A DNA stretch of 61,726 nt, filler included, from Chiloscyllium plagiosum (lineage: Eukaryota): NCBI RefSeq assembly GCF_004010195.1. It is 4 parts of one record of this genome, joined end to end, with 100 filler letters (N's around TTAATTAATTAA, not from the genome) between each part and the next. Parts side by side here need not be neighbours in the genome. Positions count along the whole stretch, not along the records: positions 1 to 17,260 come from NC_057715.1; positions 17,361 to 33,433 come from NC_057715.1; 2 more parts are not named here. One strand, given 5' to 3'. The translations under genes were made by a program, and so were the position numbers. Positions 12,085-25,303 of the stretch are shown piece after piece. The notes under the pieces are model-generated. The model was given only the letters and a program-made list of their open reading frames with translations. It was not told the DNA's origin and searched no databases. Every line of letters starts with the position of its first letter. Position 1 is the first letter of the stretch.

Positions 12085-13343
12085 GGTGGTGGGGTCCGTT
12101 TGAAGGTTGCAGAAATGTTGGCAGATGATGCGGTTTATGCGGATGTTGGTAGGGTGGAAGGTGAGGACCAGGGGGGTTCTGGCCTTGTTGCGGTTGGAGA
12201 TGGGGGTTTGAGAGCGGAGGTGCGGGACGTGGATGAGATGCGTTGGAGGGTATCATCAACCACGTGGGAAGGGAAATTACATTCTTTAAAGAAGGAGGCC
12301 ATCTGGTGTGTTCAATAGTGGAAATGATCCTTCTGGGAGCAGATACGGCAGAGGCAGAGGAATTGGGAATATGGGATAGCATTTTTGCAGGAGGTAGGGT
12401 GGGAAGAAGTGCAACCCAGGTAGCTGTGGGAGGCGGTGGGTTTATAAAAATGTCAGTGTTAAGTCGGTCATCATTGATGGAGATGGAGAGGTCCAGGAAG
12501 GGGAGGAAGGTGTCAGAGATGGTCCAGGCGAATTTAAGGATCGGGGTGGAATGTGTTGGTGAAGTTGATGAACTGCCCAACCTCCTCGCAGGAGCACAAG
12601 GTGGCGCCAATGCAGTCATCAATGCAGCAGAGGAAGAGGTGGGGAGTGGTGCTGGCGTAACTATGGAAGATGGACTGTTCTACGTAGCCAATAAAGAGAC
12701 AGGCATAGCTGGGGCCCATGTGGGTGGCCATGGCTACCCTTTCATCTAGAGGAAGTAGGAAGACTCGAAGGAGAAATTGTTAAGGGTGAGGACCAGTTCA
12801 GCCAAATGAATGAGAGTGTCAGTGGAAGGGTACTAGTGGGGACGTCAGGAGAGGAAGAAATGGAGGGCTTAGAGGCCCTGGTCAAGGCAGATGGAGGTGT
12901 AGAGCGATTGGATATCCATGGTGAAGATGAGGTGTTGGGGGTTGGGGAAACAGAAATCTTGGAGGAGGTGGATGGTGTGAGTAGTGTCTCGAATGTATGT
13001 GGGGAGTTCCTGGACTGGGGGTGTGGGGGGGGCGGGGGGGGTGGATAGGACAGTATCGAGGTAGGTGGAGATGAGTTCAGTGGGGTAGGAGCAGGCTGAG
13101 ACAATGGGTTGGCCGTGGTGGTTTCTTCCTCTCCCGGTGTCCCCACCATTAACCGGTGGTTTCTTCCTCTCCCGGTGTCCCCACCATTAACCTTCCACCG
13201 TCACTCTCATTCATTTGGCTGAACTGGCCCTCACCCTTAACAAGGGGTAGGAGCAGGCTGAGACAATGGGTTGGCCGTGGTGGTTTCTTCCTCTCCCGGT
13301 GTCCCCACCATTAACCTTCCACCGTCACTCTCATTCATTTGGC

Positions 13344-14810
13344 CATGACCAGGGCCTCCAAGCCCTCCGTTTCTTCCTCTCCCGACGTCCCCACCAGTAC
13401 CCTTCCACTGACTCTCTCATTTGTTTGGCTGAACTGGCCCTCACCCTTAACAATTTCTCCTTCAAATCCTCCTACTTCCTCCAGAAGAAAGGGGTAGCCA
13501 TGGGCATCCGTATAGGCCCCAGCTATGCCTGTCTCTTTGTTGGCTACATAGAACTGTCCATCTTCCGTAGTTACACCGGCACCACTCCCCATCTCTTCCT
13601 CCGTTACATTGATTACTGTATTGGCCCCACCTCGTGCTCCTGCGAGGAGGTTGAGCAGTTCATCAACTTCACCAACACATTCCACCCCGACCCTTAAATT
13701 CACCTGGACCATCTCTGACACCTCCCTCCCCTTCCTGGACCTCTCCATCTCCATCAATGATGACCGACTTGACAATGACACTTTTTACAAACCATCGACT
13801 CCCACAGCTACCTGGATTACACCTCTTCCCACCCAATCTCCTGCAAAAATGCTATCCTGTATTCCCAATTCCTCTGCCTCCGCCGTATCTGCTCCCAAAA
13901 GGATCAGTTTCACCACAGAACACACCAGATGGCCTCCTTCTTTAAAGACTGTAATTTCCGTTCCCACATGGTTGAAGATGCCCTCCAACGCATCTCATCC
14001 ACATCCTGCCCCTCCGCCCTCAAACCCCACCCCTTCAACTGCAACAAGGAAAGAACCCTCCCAGTCCTCACCTTCCACGCTACCAATCTCCGCATAAACC
14101 GCACCATCTGCCGACATTTCCACCTCCTACAAACGGACACCACCACCAGGGATATATTTCCCTCCCCACCCCTATTCACTTTCCGCAAAGACCATTCCCT
14201 CCATGACTACCATGTCAGGTCCACGCCCACCAACAACCCCTCCTGCCACCACAGGAATTGCAAAACCTGTGCCCTCACCTCCATCCAAGGCCCTAAAGGA
14301 ACCTTCCACATCCATCAAAGTTTCACCTGCACATCCACCAATGTCATTTATTGTATCCGTTGCTCCCAATGCGGTCTCCTCTATATTGGGGAGACTGGAC
14401 CCCTTCTCGCAGAGTACTTTAGGGAACATCTCTGGGACACCCACACCATCAACCCCACCACCCCATGACTGAACGTTTCAGCTTCCCCTCCCACTCTGCC
14501 GAGGACATGCAGGTCCTGGGCCTCCTCCACTGCCACTCCCTCACCACCCGACGCCTGGAGCAGAATGTGTCATCTTCCGCTTCAGAACATTTCAACCCCA
14601 GGGCATCAATGTGGACTTCACTAGTTTCCCACCACCCTCCCATTTATCTCTCCACCCCAGAGGCTCCCTGCCTCATTCTTGATGAAGGTCTTTTGCCCGA
14701 AATGTCGATTTTCCTGCTCCTCAGATGCTGCCTGACCTGCTGCTGAGCTTTTCCAGCACCACTCTAATCTTGACTCTGATCTCCAGCATCTGCAGTCCTC
14801 AGTTTCACCT
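13344..14810 (+). mobile_element. Penelope-like element (RT and GIY-YIG), inverted partner of 10985-13115
   Basis: GVAMGIRIGPSYACLF, RYIDYCIG, PFLDL, NVIYCIRCSQCGLLYIGETG; frameshifted; terminal repeat at about 14640-14810. Confidence 0.9.
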
Positions 14811-17069
14811 AAGTCAGGATTCACACTGGAACTTGACTTCTCCAGAATTACCATCAGATAGAATCAGAACAACTACAACACTGCAGCAGGCTGAGAACGA
14901 AACTATAAGCATGAAATGTATAAGATGGTGAATTAAAATGCCAGACGACTGGAAACTTCTATTGTTGTGACAAAACATGTTAAAGAAAGTGAGCAGGTTT
15001 GGCAAGCTTTTGAAGAGACAGAAATAGAGATAACCTTTCGTGTGTAAAGACTGTTCTTCAGATTCTCCAGTACTTTTATTTCAGGGTTTCAGCATTCACA
15101 ATATTTCACTTATGTAAAATTGCTATGATGATAGATTAGATTCCAATATATTTGTCAATACTTTTTGCTTTTAATTCCAAAATGTGTTTTTTTTTTAAAA
15201 AGAGCTGCTATAGAAAAACTCCAGATTTAAATTCACTGATTATCTGGTAAAGTCCTTTGTGAAGCCAATGGAATGCTGCAGCTGTAAATTATCAGGGAAA
15301 TCTCAAACATGAAGGGGCATAACTGAAAAATTAATCATGGCTGATTAACCCGTGCGTAACAGCAAGCCACCTTTTGTGGATTTTTTCCAAACCAGAAGAG
15401 ACATTTTGTGATTTCTGTTGAAAAATTCACAAGAATATGGGGTTAAAAATCCAGTTTCAACTCTACTGGAGTTGACTAGTCAAACTGATACCCACCTGTG
15501 TTCAATCTGTTAAACAGGAAACAGGACACCCAAGGTCTCTTTTGCCCTGAATGCTGGAACTCGATCACAATGTCAAGGCATCAGAACTACAGAATCTCAA
15601 CCTTCCGCAAAATTGAGAAACAGAAAGCAAAGTGTTTGACTACAAGTGTCAATGCTACTAGCCATCTCCACTGCAACAGCTGCAGTGTTCAATCCATTCT
15701 TTGCTATCATTTCTGGTGTGTGTAGTCTTTTTTTAACCTTAGTTTATTGGATGCATCTCTTGTTTCTAATCAGTGCGCATGTGTGCTGTGATGTTAAAGC
15801 TTCCTGTCTTTAGGAATTGGTAAGGTCATTCCTTGTTAATTCAAGTTAAATTGGTTCCTTTTGAAATTATACTTTGTTGTTACTAATCGAATGGGTGGGT
15901 GAACACAGAAAGGGAGCCAGTTCCTCTCTTATCTTGGAGTTTAACAGTTTGGGGTATCCTGTCTGGGTCCATAATGAATTGAAGATCCTCACCCAGGGTC
16001 TGGCCATGGGAAATCTGACCAATTTAATCTGTTGGGGTGGCGAAAGCCTGACAGTGACCACGATCTAATATGAAAGAAACTCACACTAGGTTTAATCAAT
16101 TAACAAGAAAACAAAAAAAAAAACACATTTTATTGTAACAAACTTCTGCTTTTATTTATGGCAAAAAATATTAATTACAAATATGCAAACATAAATTATA
16201 CCTTCATTAAATGAAAACACACACAATCATTCCCAAATAACAGAGCAAAATGAACAGTTATATTCAGGAATGTAATGGATAGAAAATGTACAAAATGAAA
16301 CAAAGACTGTGGATCTGAACTCAGACCAAAGAGGTTGGATGAGGTGACTTTTTGATGATGATATCATGTTTTTTTTATTTATTCACTGGATGAACGTGTC
16401 ACTAGCTGGGCCTGCATTTACTTAGTACCTAAATGCCATTGAGAACCTGATGGTGAGCTGCCTTCTTGAATCACTGCTATCCATGTGCTATAGATAGATC
16501 CACAACGTCATTTGACCCAATGACACTGAAGGAGTGATGATTTGTCTCCAAGTCAGGACGGTGTGCGGCTTGGAGGAGAACTTGCAGGTGGTGGTGTTCT
16601 CATGTCTCTGTTGCCCTCATCCTTCTAGTCATCATGCATTTGGAAGATGTTTTCTAAGGAGCTGAGGTGAATTTCTGCAATGCATCTTGTCAATAGTACA
16701 TACTGTTGCCACTGAGCACAGTGATGGAGCCAATGTTTGTGGATGTGGTGTCAACCAAGTAGGATGCTTAATCTTGTATGTTATCAACCTTCTTGAGTGT
16801 AGTTGAAGCAGTACTCATTCAGACAAGTGGGGAGTATTCCATCATACTACTGACTTGTGCCCTGTAGATGGTGAACACGTTTTGAGGAGTCAGAAGGTTT
16901 GTCCCTGATCTGCTGTCAGGATCATAGTGTCATAGAATCATAGAGATATATGGCATGGAAACATACCTTTCGGTCCAACTCGTCCATGCCAACTAGATAT
17001 CCCAACACAATCTAGTCCCACGTGCCAGCACCTAGCCCATATCCCTACAAACCCTTCCTATTCATATGA

Positions 17070-17260
17070 GGTAAAAACAATGACTGCAGATGCTGGAAAC
17101 CAGATTCTGGATTAGTGGTGCAGTTCAGGCAGCATCCAAAGAGCAGTGAAATCGACGTTTCGGGCAAAAGCCCTTCATCAGGAATAAAGGCAGTGAGCCT
17201 GGAGTGTGGAGAGATAAGCTAGAGGAGAGTGGGGGTGGGGAGAAAGTAGCATAGAGTACA
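17070..17260 (-). mobile_element. Penelope-like terminal segment running into gap
   Basis: Nearly identical to 43271-43470; contains intact hammerhead core. Confidence 0.8.
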
Positions 17261-17360
17261 NNNNNNNNNNNNNNNNNNNNNNNNNNNNNNNNNNNNNNNN
17301 NNNNTTAATTAATTAANNNNNNNNNNNNNNNNNNNNNNNNNNNNNNNNNNNNNNNNNNNN
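17261..17360. other. Scaffolding linker (44 N, TTAATTAATTAA, 44 N)
   Basis: Identical 100-nt structure also at 33434-33533 and 53004-53103. Confidence 0.95.
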
Positions 17361-19214
17361 TCGTCCAAAACTATTTATTCAGTTCTGCAGAACCGGGTGT
17401 TACCTCAATGGCTTCCCACACGGCACACACACAGATTGTAATCCCCGCATGTTATATACATGTAGGAGTGGGCTGGGCCTTCTCCTGTCTCAGCCAATGA
17501 GTGTTAAAGTTCCCCACTGTCCTCCTGATGTATGAGATTATTTGGTTATTCACCCAGCCAATCAGTGTTCGAGTTCCCCGTTTCTCCCTTATATGGATGA
17601 TGAAGTACAGCCGTGGTTGTGGGCGGTCCCTCAGCCACGAGGAAAGCTGTTTCCATTGTTCCATTCATGAAAATCTGGGGGAGTGTCTGCTCGTGCTTAC
17701 TACAGGGTAGAGAAGACTAAAATGGTGGCTTTGTATTTACTATGTGCTTACTACAGCAGTTAATGATTTAAAAATTACACCACCCCCTACATGTACTCAA
17801 TCCTCTGACCAATAAAGGAAAGCATACCAAACGCGTTCTTCACTCTCCTATCTACCTGCAACTCCACTTTCAAGGAGCTATGAACCTGCACTCCAAGGTC
17901 TCTTTGTTTAACAACAACACCCTAGGACCTTACCATTAAGTGTATAAGTCCCGCGAAGATTTGCTTTTGCAAAATGCAGCAATTTGCATTTATCTAAATT
18001 AAACTCCATCTGTCACTCCTCAGCCCATTGGCCCATCTGATCAAGATCCTGTTGTAATCTGAGGTAATCTTCTTTGCTGTCCACTGCATCTCCAATTTTT
18101 GGTGTCATCTGCAAACTTACTATGTCTCCGATGTTCACATCCAAATCGTTCATGGTTCCCCTTGTCTAGGACCAAAGGGCTAAATCTGAGTCAATTGGGG
18201 GGGGGGGGGGGGGAGCAGGACACATACTTATGAACAGTTTGAGGAGGAATTTCTCTCAAGGTGGTCAATCTGGAATTCTTTAATGCAGACGAGGCTGACT
18301 TCTTTAGTATATTCAAGGCTGTGAAAGATTGATTTTTAATCAGTCGTGGAATCAAGGGCTGTGGGGTTATTGCAGAAATGTAGAGTTGGACCTGAGTTGG
18401 TGGAGGTCTGAGGGCTTCTCATTATTTTATTCACAATCCATAGTTATTCAGCTCCCTGGAAGCCAATTGCATAGTTGTTGACAGGCAGCCTATGATTGGC
18501 ACTAATCTACAGACCAAACAGCTACTTGTTGCCAGCTGAATCTCCATTATTACACCCCCATGACTTCAGCTCATCTGTCAACAACAGTTCAACTACTATT
18601 TGCAAGTCTGTTTACACATCTGTTAGTTCAAAGAGCATCAGATAAATTGTTTTTAAAAACTGCAATAAGACTTCAGCAATCAATGGCAGGAGAAGGGAGC
18701 ACAAAGCATCAATACAGTAGAAGCTCAACATTTTTGTAAAGAAATGAATGCAGAGGAGGTTTCAGGAGAGTAAGGTGAGCATGGATGACCTCTATTCCTA
18801 GCATTAAATATTATCGGTAAGACAGTTAAGGGCACAAGTTGAAATTCCTTGTCAATAAAGGAATATGTAAGAATGGAGATGGTGTTGCATTTAACTAATA
18901 AGTGAGTTGTTGCAGTAACAAGGGAATAATGTCCTGGAAAGGGCTTCAAAAGAGGTTTTGTGGGTAGAGCTGAGGAATTGAAAGGAGGCAGTCACATTGG
19001 GAGTGTTACTGCCCCTCCAAGCAGTCAGCAGGTAAGAGAGGATCTGATATGTAGACAAGTCACTGACCTGTGCAAAAACGGTAATAGATTGTTAACAGTA
19101 GGGGATATCAACTTTCCTCAATATTAGTTGGGATAGTCATAGTGTAAAAGGTTTAGAGGGGATGCATTTCTTGAAACTTATTCAGGAGAGCCTTTTATAT
19201 CAACATGTAGAAAG

Positions 19215-19490
19215 TCAGCACGATGGCTCAGTGGTTAGCGCTGCTGCCTCACAGTGCCAGAGACCCGGGTTCAATTCCCGCCTCAGGCAACTGTCTGGAG
19301 TTTGCACATTCTCCCTGTGTCTGCGTTGGTTTCCTCCGGGTGCTCCAAAGATGTGCAGGTTTGGTGAATTGGCCATGCTAAATTGCCCGTAGTGTTAGGT
19401 GAAGGGGTAAATGTAGGGGAATGGGTCTGGATTGGTTGCTCTTCAGAGGGTCAGTGTGGACTTTCACACTGTGTAAGTAATCTAATCTAA
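19215..19490 (+). mobile_element. V-SINE (HE1-like) inserted in CR1 APE fragment
   Basis: GATGGCTCAGTGGTTAGCGCTGCTGCC head, GGTTCAATTCC B-box, V core, (TAATC)n tail. Confidence 0.85.
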
Positions 19491-20532
19491 ATAAGGGAAG
19501 GTGCAAACTCTAGGGATTGAAGCAGGACAGGTATTTGTAATGACAGTGTTTAGTGATAGTGACCAGAACACTGTTTTAACAAAAAACAACTCCAGATACT
19601 GGAATCTGAAAGCAAAAATAGCCGAAGAAACTCCAGTCTGGCAGCATCTGTGGACAGAAAACAGAGTCAACCTTTCGAGTCCAGTAACAATCCTTCAGAA
19701 CTGGGTTATGGAGCTGAAACATTGACAATGTATTTTAAGCTTGTTATTGTGAGAAACATGCTCACTCACTTCAATCATTTCAGTCTGAGACAAGATCTGA
19801 ATCAGTAGTGTCATTTATTTTACCCTTGCAAGAGGGCGCGATGTCCACTGTCTACAAGGCAGGGACACACACAAGATTCAACGAATACACGATATTTATG
19901 TAATTTGGTTCCTATTTTTTTTTATCCCATTGCTCCTCCCTGTTTACATCTTCCACTTCTCTACGACCGGCACCCATTACTCCTGTTTATCTCTTGCCTT
20001 ATCTGGCCTTGTCTGTGACAAAATGCTTATTTCTGGCCTCACCAGGCCGTTTGACCACATCCCACTGTGGCCCATTGTTGGGTATTATCCTTTCTTCACC
20101 ATTATCTACTCCCTCCATCTGTGCTTTCCCCAACCATACTGATCCTTATGACCTTTTAATTGGGGTTTGTTCCTGTGTTTCTTTAAAAGTGGGAAACAGA
20201 TGCTTATAACTACTGCTTGTACAAGCATATCTGGCTTAACCTACATCCTCACAGCACCTTATCTATTTGTCTGTAACATCTACCATTGTTTTGCAGTCAC
20301 ATTTCAGGCTTGCATACAATTTTAGCTAATACAAAAACAATTATGTATTTCCTCCACATAGTTTGCATTCTAGTTGACTCAGCTCTTAGTTGAAGCAGTT
20401 ACACACTGGTGTGAGTTCATTTACCTTGCATAAGTAATTATAATTGCAGAAGTAACGCTACTCTACCTATATCCCCACATTATGGAGAGTACAGTTCTGA
20501 CATTCTCCCTTTAGCGTGAAGTGTAGGAGCAA

Positions 20533-20730
20533 GTGAGGACTGCAGATGCTGGAGATTAGAGTGGCGCTGGAAAAGCGCAGTAGATGAGGCAGCATCTGAG
20601 GAACAGGAAAATCCACGTTTTGGGCAGGACCCCTTGATCAGGAATCAAGGGCTACTGCCCGAAGCGTCGATTTTCCTGCTCCTCGAATCCTGCCTGACCT
20701 GTGCTTTTCCAGCACCGCTCTAAACTTGAC
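20533..20730. mobile_element. Second, more diverged Penelope-derived hairpin element
   Basis: Imperfect inverted arms of the same terminus. Flanking TGAA(G/A)TGTAGGA(G/A)CAA at 20517-20532 and 20731-20746. Confidence 0.75.
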
Positions 20731-20899
20731 TGAAATGTAGGAACAACAAGCTCAAAGAATCCTGGATGTCCAGGAATATTTGGGATTAGGTAAGAAGGAA
20801 AAGTGAGACTGGAATAAATCTGCGGAGGTCCCGGGAAAGTGTAGAAAATGGGAGAAAATGACAAAGCGATTTAGGATGCAATGTGAGGCAGTAGAAAAC

Positions 20900-22530
20900 A
20901 TTAGCAAGTAAAATTATGTAGTGCCAAGACATCCTTAAGTGTTGCAGGGAGGCTTGCAAGTACCACTGAGTTTAAACTAGTATGGCAGGGAGAGGTGGAG
21001 GAAACCAGAGCAGTAGGTCAGTATGTTGAGTGATTGATTTGAAAAGCACGTTGAAGCTAACTCAAGTAAGTCTGATGGGAAGAACAGGCAGGGCCAGGTT
21101 AATGAGCACTGTGGGGACTGGCAGCCTGAAGTGTGTTTATTATAATACAAGGGGTATAACAGGTAAGGCAGGGTGAGCTTTGAGCTTTAGCTCTGTGTAA
21201 TGACAGGAACTATGAGGTTGTAGCCATTACAGAAACCTGGTTGACAGAAGGTCAGGACTAGCAGCTCAACAGTCTAGCTACATCCTCAGAATTCCAGTAG
21301 ATTTGTCAAGCATAATTTCCCTTGTGTAACCAGGGAAAGAGTAAGGGTCATTAAGGGGTTTGTGTGTATGTGTGTGACTGGAAGGTATGGCTACATGTCC
21401 TCCTTTTGAAAAAGGAGGAATGTAGGTACAGAATTCTTGAAGAGTTACTGCGAGTTTTTTGAGCAAATTGACTTCAGGGATGAGGAGTTTTTGGAGGTTT
21501 TGCTGGGCTTTAAAATGGTCAAGTACCTAAGTCCAGATGAGTTGTATCACAGGCTATTGTGGGATATCAGGGAGGAAATTTCAGTGGCTCTGATCCAAAT
21601 TTTTATTTCTGGACATGAGGTGCCAGAGGGCTAATTGATATTCTTTTTAACCAGGGTTGGTAGAGAGAAACCAGGGAATGACAAACCTGTGAGTCTTACT
21701 CCATTGATACAAAATGTTATAGAAAATTCTGAAGGAGAAAATTAATCTCCATTGGAGAGGCAAAATTTGATCAGATGTGGTCAACATGGCCTTTTCAGAG
21801 GGAGGTCATACTTAACACATTTGAATTTTTTGAGGAGGTGACTTGGTGTGTGGGTGAGGGTAATGCAGCTGAGGTAATTTCTAAGGATCTCAGTGAGGCC
21901 TTTGACAAGGTGCCACGTGTGAGACTGATAAAGAAGGTAAGACCTCTTGGGTCCAGGGTAACAAGGCATGTTGAATTCAAAATTGGCTTAGTGCCAGGAG
22001 ACAGAGGGTGATGGTAAAGGCTGTTTGTGTGACTGGAACCCAGTGTGCAGTGGTGTACCACAGGGATCTGTGCTGGGTCCCTTTTTATTGTTTGTGATGT
22101 TTAAAAATAATGCAGATAAGATTGGCTGGGAGAGGTGGGATGATAAGTTAGCAGATAATTGGCAAGGCGGGGGGGCGGGAGGGAGGGGTGGTGGTGGGAG
22201 ACCTGATCGAGGTGTATAAAATTATGCAGGGTATGGACAGGCTGGATAGAAACCTTGCTTGAAGGGTCAATAACAAGGGGGGTAATTATAAAATGGAAGG
22301 TTTAGAAGAGATTAGTGAAAAAGTTTTGTTGTCCAGAGAAAGGTGCGAATCTAGAGTCTACTGCCTGAGAAAGTAGCTGAGGTGGGAAAATGCATAATTT
22401 TTTTAAAAATTACTTGGATGAGCTTTTGAAATGTCATCACATTCAAGTGCTGGTAAGTGAGACTCAGATGTAGAGTAGGTTTTTTGTCAGTATAGACTAG
22501 ATGGGCCAAAAGGCTGCTTTTGTATGGTGT
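20900..22530 (+). mobile_element. Degraded CR1 LINE (APE, RT, 3' end)
   Basis: DLSEAFDKVP, SGVPQGSVLGP, SPDELYHRLL motifs with many stops. Confidence 0.8.
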
Positions 22531-23440
22531 TTCTGTGAATCCTTTATTTTCAAAATGGTTCTTTTTCCATTTCAGTGCACAATCAAAAATACAGAATAAT
22601 AAAAAAACAGTTTTTAATGGTGTTATAATCTTGGTGTATGCTCGTGACTTTTGGGGGAAAAAAAAATGAATTTTGTAACTGGATTTCATGTTTTAAGCAA
22701 ACTTGTTATAACATATAAGAGTGAAGGAAAGTGGCTTAACTTTATATTTTGTGAACACTTGTCATTTATACCTGAAAATGTCAACAGCACACCTATTGAT
22801 CTACCATCCTTTCCAGTCAATCGTTTCTCGTACTTTACACAATCCTGACACCAAACTGTAGCGGTCCCAGCTCTCGGGAATTCGTTAAGCTCCTTGGTGT
22901 TCTGTTATAATCTGTAGTATATTGGCATCTGGCTAGGCTGCCTTCCAACTCTTTGTAAGCATCTTATGATTATGGACATTGCAATCCATGAACCTTATTT
23001 GCTTAGTTATTTCAGTTCAGAAAATATTCTTGGTTTCTGAAGGCCCTCTGCTAGTGGTCTGCAGTTCCTGGTATTCTCTTTCTATTTTTGTTTTGTATAT
23101 ATTTAAAAACCTTTTTTGTTCCCGAACCAAAATTATATTAAAATATTTGATTTTTGAAATTTGGTAATCACAATAATAGCTCTTTCAAAATGCCAGCACA
23201 GACGAGAGATTGACCTGTCTGATTCTATGATCAACATTGATTCCAATGGAATGCCCCTGAGTTTGTCAAATATAAACCTTTTGATATTAGGTTATTGCTG
23301 GGGTCAAAGTTGAATCTCTGTATGAATTAGATGAGGTGAGCAGCTGGTTTCCATAATACAAGGAAGCCTGGAAGGTCAAACTTCGGATCGTTACGTTGCA
23401 TAAGGAAGTTATTGATGCAGATTTTGCCATTTCTTTATAG

Positions 23441-23536
23441 ATGAACAACTCGAATACTGGGTTATTCACAGTTTACACAGGAGTTGATAATATTACAAAA
23501 GTTCATCTTATAGACAATTGGAACGGTATTAAAGAG
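23441..23536 (+). CDS. scarb1: Scavenger receptor class B member 1, internal exon (equivalent to human exon 5)
   Basis: tttctttatag|ATG...AAAGAG|gtgcgt; 96 bp, phase 0/0. MNNSNTGLFTVYTGVDNITKVHLIDNWNGIKE resembles human SR-B1 LNNSDSGLFTVFTGVQNISRIHLVDKWNGLSK as recalled. Confidence 0.93.
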
Positions 23537-23987
23537 GTGCGTAAATTAGGAATTGTTACTTGTTCAGGCCAAGCTTTAATCATTGATTACTCGTGTCTTT
23601 TCGATCCACTTTGTCACATTTAACCTTCTATAGTACTTTCCAAAGGCAACGTCTGCTGACACCCACAACTGCTCATGATCCCATCAGGCAGCTTGTGGGT
23701 GATATCAAATTTAAAGTTTACACTATGCATGTGCATGAAGGAAAGGCAAATTTGAAATGGGTTTCATGGGTGAGGAGAGTCCGATTAATGAGCAGGAGGG
23801 AGTGGGGGAGGGGAGGGGTGCAAGGGTGGAAGAGAAGTGAAGGAGGGGACGAGAGTGAGGCAGGGGTCCTGGGAGGCTCCGCTGTCTTCTGGCCACTTTT
23901 CCCTACCCCAAAGCTGTTCAAATGCACGTGCACCAGTGTCAGCAAATGCAGCCTTGATTTTTTTTTTCCCTTTTCTTTCCAATCCAG

Positions 23988-24103
23988 GTTAACTACTGGC
24001 ATTCCCAGCAGTGTAACCTGATAAATGGGACAGCGGGTGAAATGTGGCCTCCATTTATCACTCCTTCAGACACGTTAACCTTTTACAGCCCAGACTCCTG
24101 CAG
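23988..24103 (+). CDS. scarb1: Scavenger receptor class B member 1, internal exon (equivalent to human exon 6)
   Basis: Long polypyrimidine tract, ccag|GTT...TGCAG|gtagga; 116 bp, phase 0/2; VNYWHSQQCNLINGTAGEMWPPFITPSDTLTFYSPDSC(R). Not shown in the ORF track. Confidence 0.95.
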
Positions 24104-24244
24104 GTAGGAAACAATCACTGTCTGTTTTATAGGTTAAACAAAAAAATTATGCAAGTCTCTTAGAAGACTTAATAGGTTAAAAGCAATGCAATTCAATAGA
24201 ATGCTTTTGTTTGCAGAATTGTTGAGTGGAAATCCTGAGAAACA

Positions 24245-24595
24245 TTGGGTCCTGTGGCATAGTGGTAATATCACTGGACAAGTAATCCAGGGCTCCAGTT
24301 AATGTTCTGAAGAAACAACAGGTTCACATTCCACCATGGCTGACCAGTGAAATGGAATTCAATAAGAATCTGAAATTATAGCTAACCTAATGGTGACCAC
24401 GTAACCACTATCAATTGTTGTGAAAACCCATCATGTCCTTTAGGAAATGAAATGTATTGTCTTCTGAATCTGGTCTACTTGTGACTCCAGACCCACAGAA
24501 ACATGGTTTCAATCCAACCAATTCATGGGGAACCAGTACTGAGTGACAAATGTTGGCCTTTCCACCGATGCCCACATCTCATACAAGAATTCTTT
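24245..24595 (+). mobile_element. Old tRNA-derived SINE of a second family (possibly Deu/SacSINE-like)
   Basis: TGTGGCATAGTGGTAATATCACTGG head and ...GATGCCCACATC tail; related piece at about 30120-30270. Confidence 0.55.
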
Positions 24596-25303
24596 TTAAG
24601 ATCCAGTAAATTAGGTGCATCTCTGCTGCACTGTTACCTCTGACGACTTGTAGCCATTAAAACCCAGGTTCGAAGGGCCGAATAGCCTATTTCTGCTCCT
24701 AGTTTCTATGTTCCTATTGCTTGGGAAAGTTTGTGGGAGAGAATTGTAGAAAGTTTGCGGGATGGATAGAGGCCACTTGGCCCGCAACATCTATTGGTCA
24801 AATACAATCCATCCATACTAACCCCATTTCCCAGTCATTGGTCCATAGCAGGTTACAGTACCTGAAGGGCATGTCCAGGCATCTTATTTTTTAAATGAGT
24901 TCATCTGCTACTTTTTTTGGTTTTTGTGTATTGGACTGAGCAAAAAGTGGGAAAAAGATTTTTAGAAGAAGTATTATTGAAGGGATGACTGTATCTTTTA
25001 GAAATGGGTGCTCATTGTAAGTCTTGTTTATCTTGCATGGGATGTGGTTTGTTCAAGCAGCTGAAGGTTTAGTTGTCGATGAGTTTGTTACATTCAGTAT
25101 TAACTGTATTTAAAAAACACAACTTTCTGCAGTTAACCCCTTTGCCTGAAGATGGAATGTCTTGAGGTAGTCTTAATTGCCTATAATGTTTGTCAAGAGG
25201 CAGCAGTTTATCGAGTTACCTTCTCTGCTCCAGGAGATAGCTTTGTGTTTGTTGCTTTGATGACTTCTTCCCAGGGATGGTTAATTAGCATATTGCTTCT
25301 GAA

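Larger units (their letters stand above)
10985..13115 (-). mobile_element. Penelope-like element (RT and GIY-YIG remnants), interrupted by a SINE
   Basis: MGPSYACLF and CIDDCIG RT motifs (12534-12731), GIY-YIG region near 11450-11600, terminal repeat with hammerhead core at 11047-11074. Confidence 0.9.

Noticed and set aside
17305..17316. Recurrent TTAATTAATTAA palindrome (also 33478-33489 and 53048-53059)
   Set aside because: Always centred in 44 N + 12 + 44 N; an artificial scaffolding linker with stops in all frames.
23291..23335. Possible extra mini-exon (tag|GTT...GAG|gtgagc) just before the SCARB1 exon
   Set aside because: Splice-like ends and 45 nt long, but VIAGVKVESLYELDE does not resemble SR-B1 and the polypyrimidine tract is weak; unsupported without RNA data.
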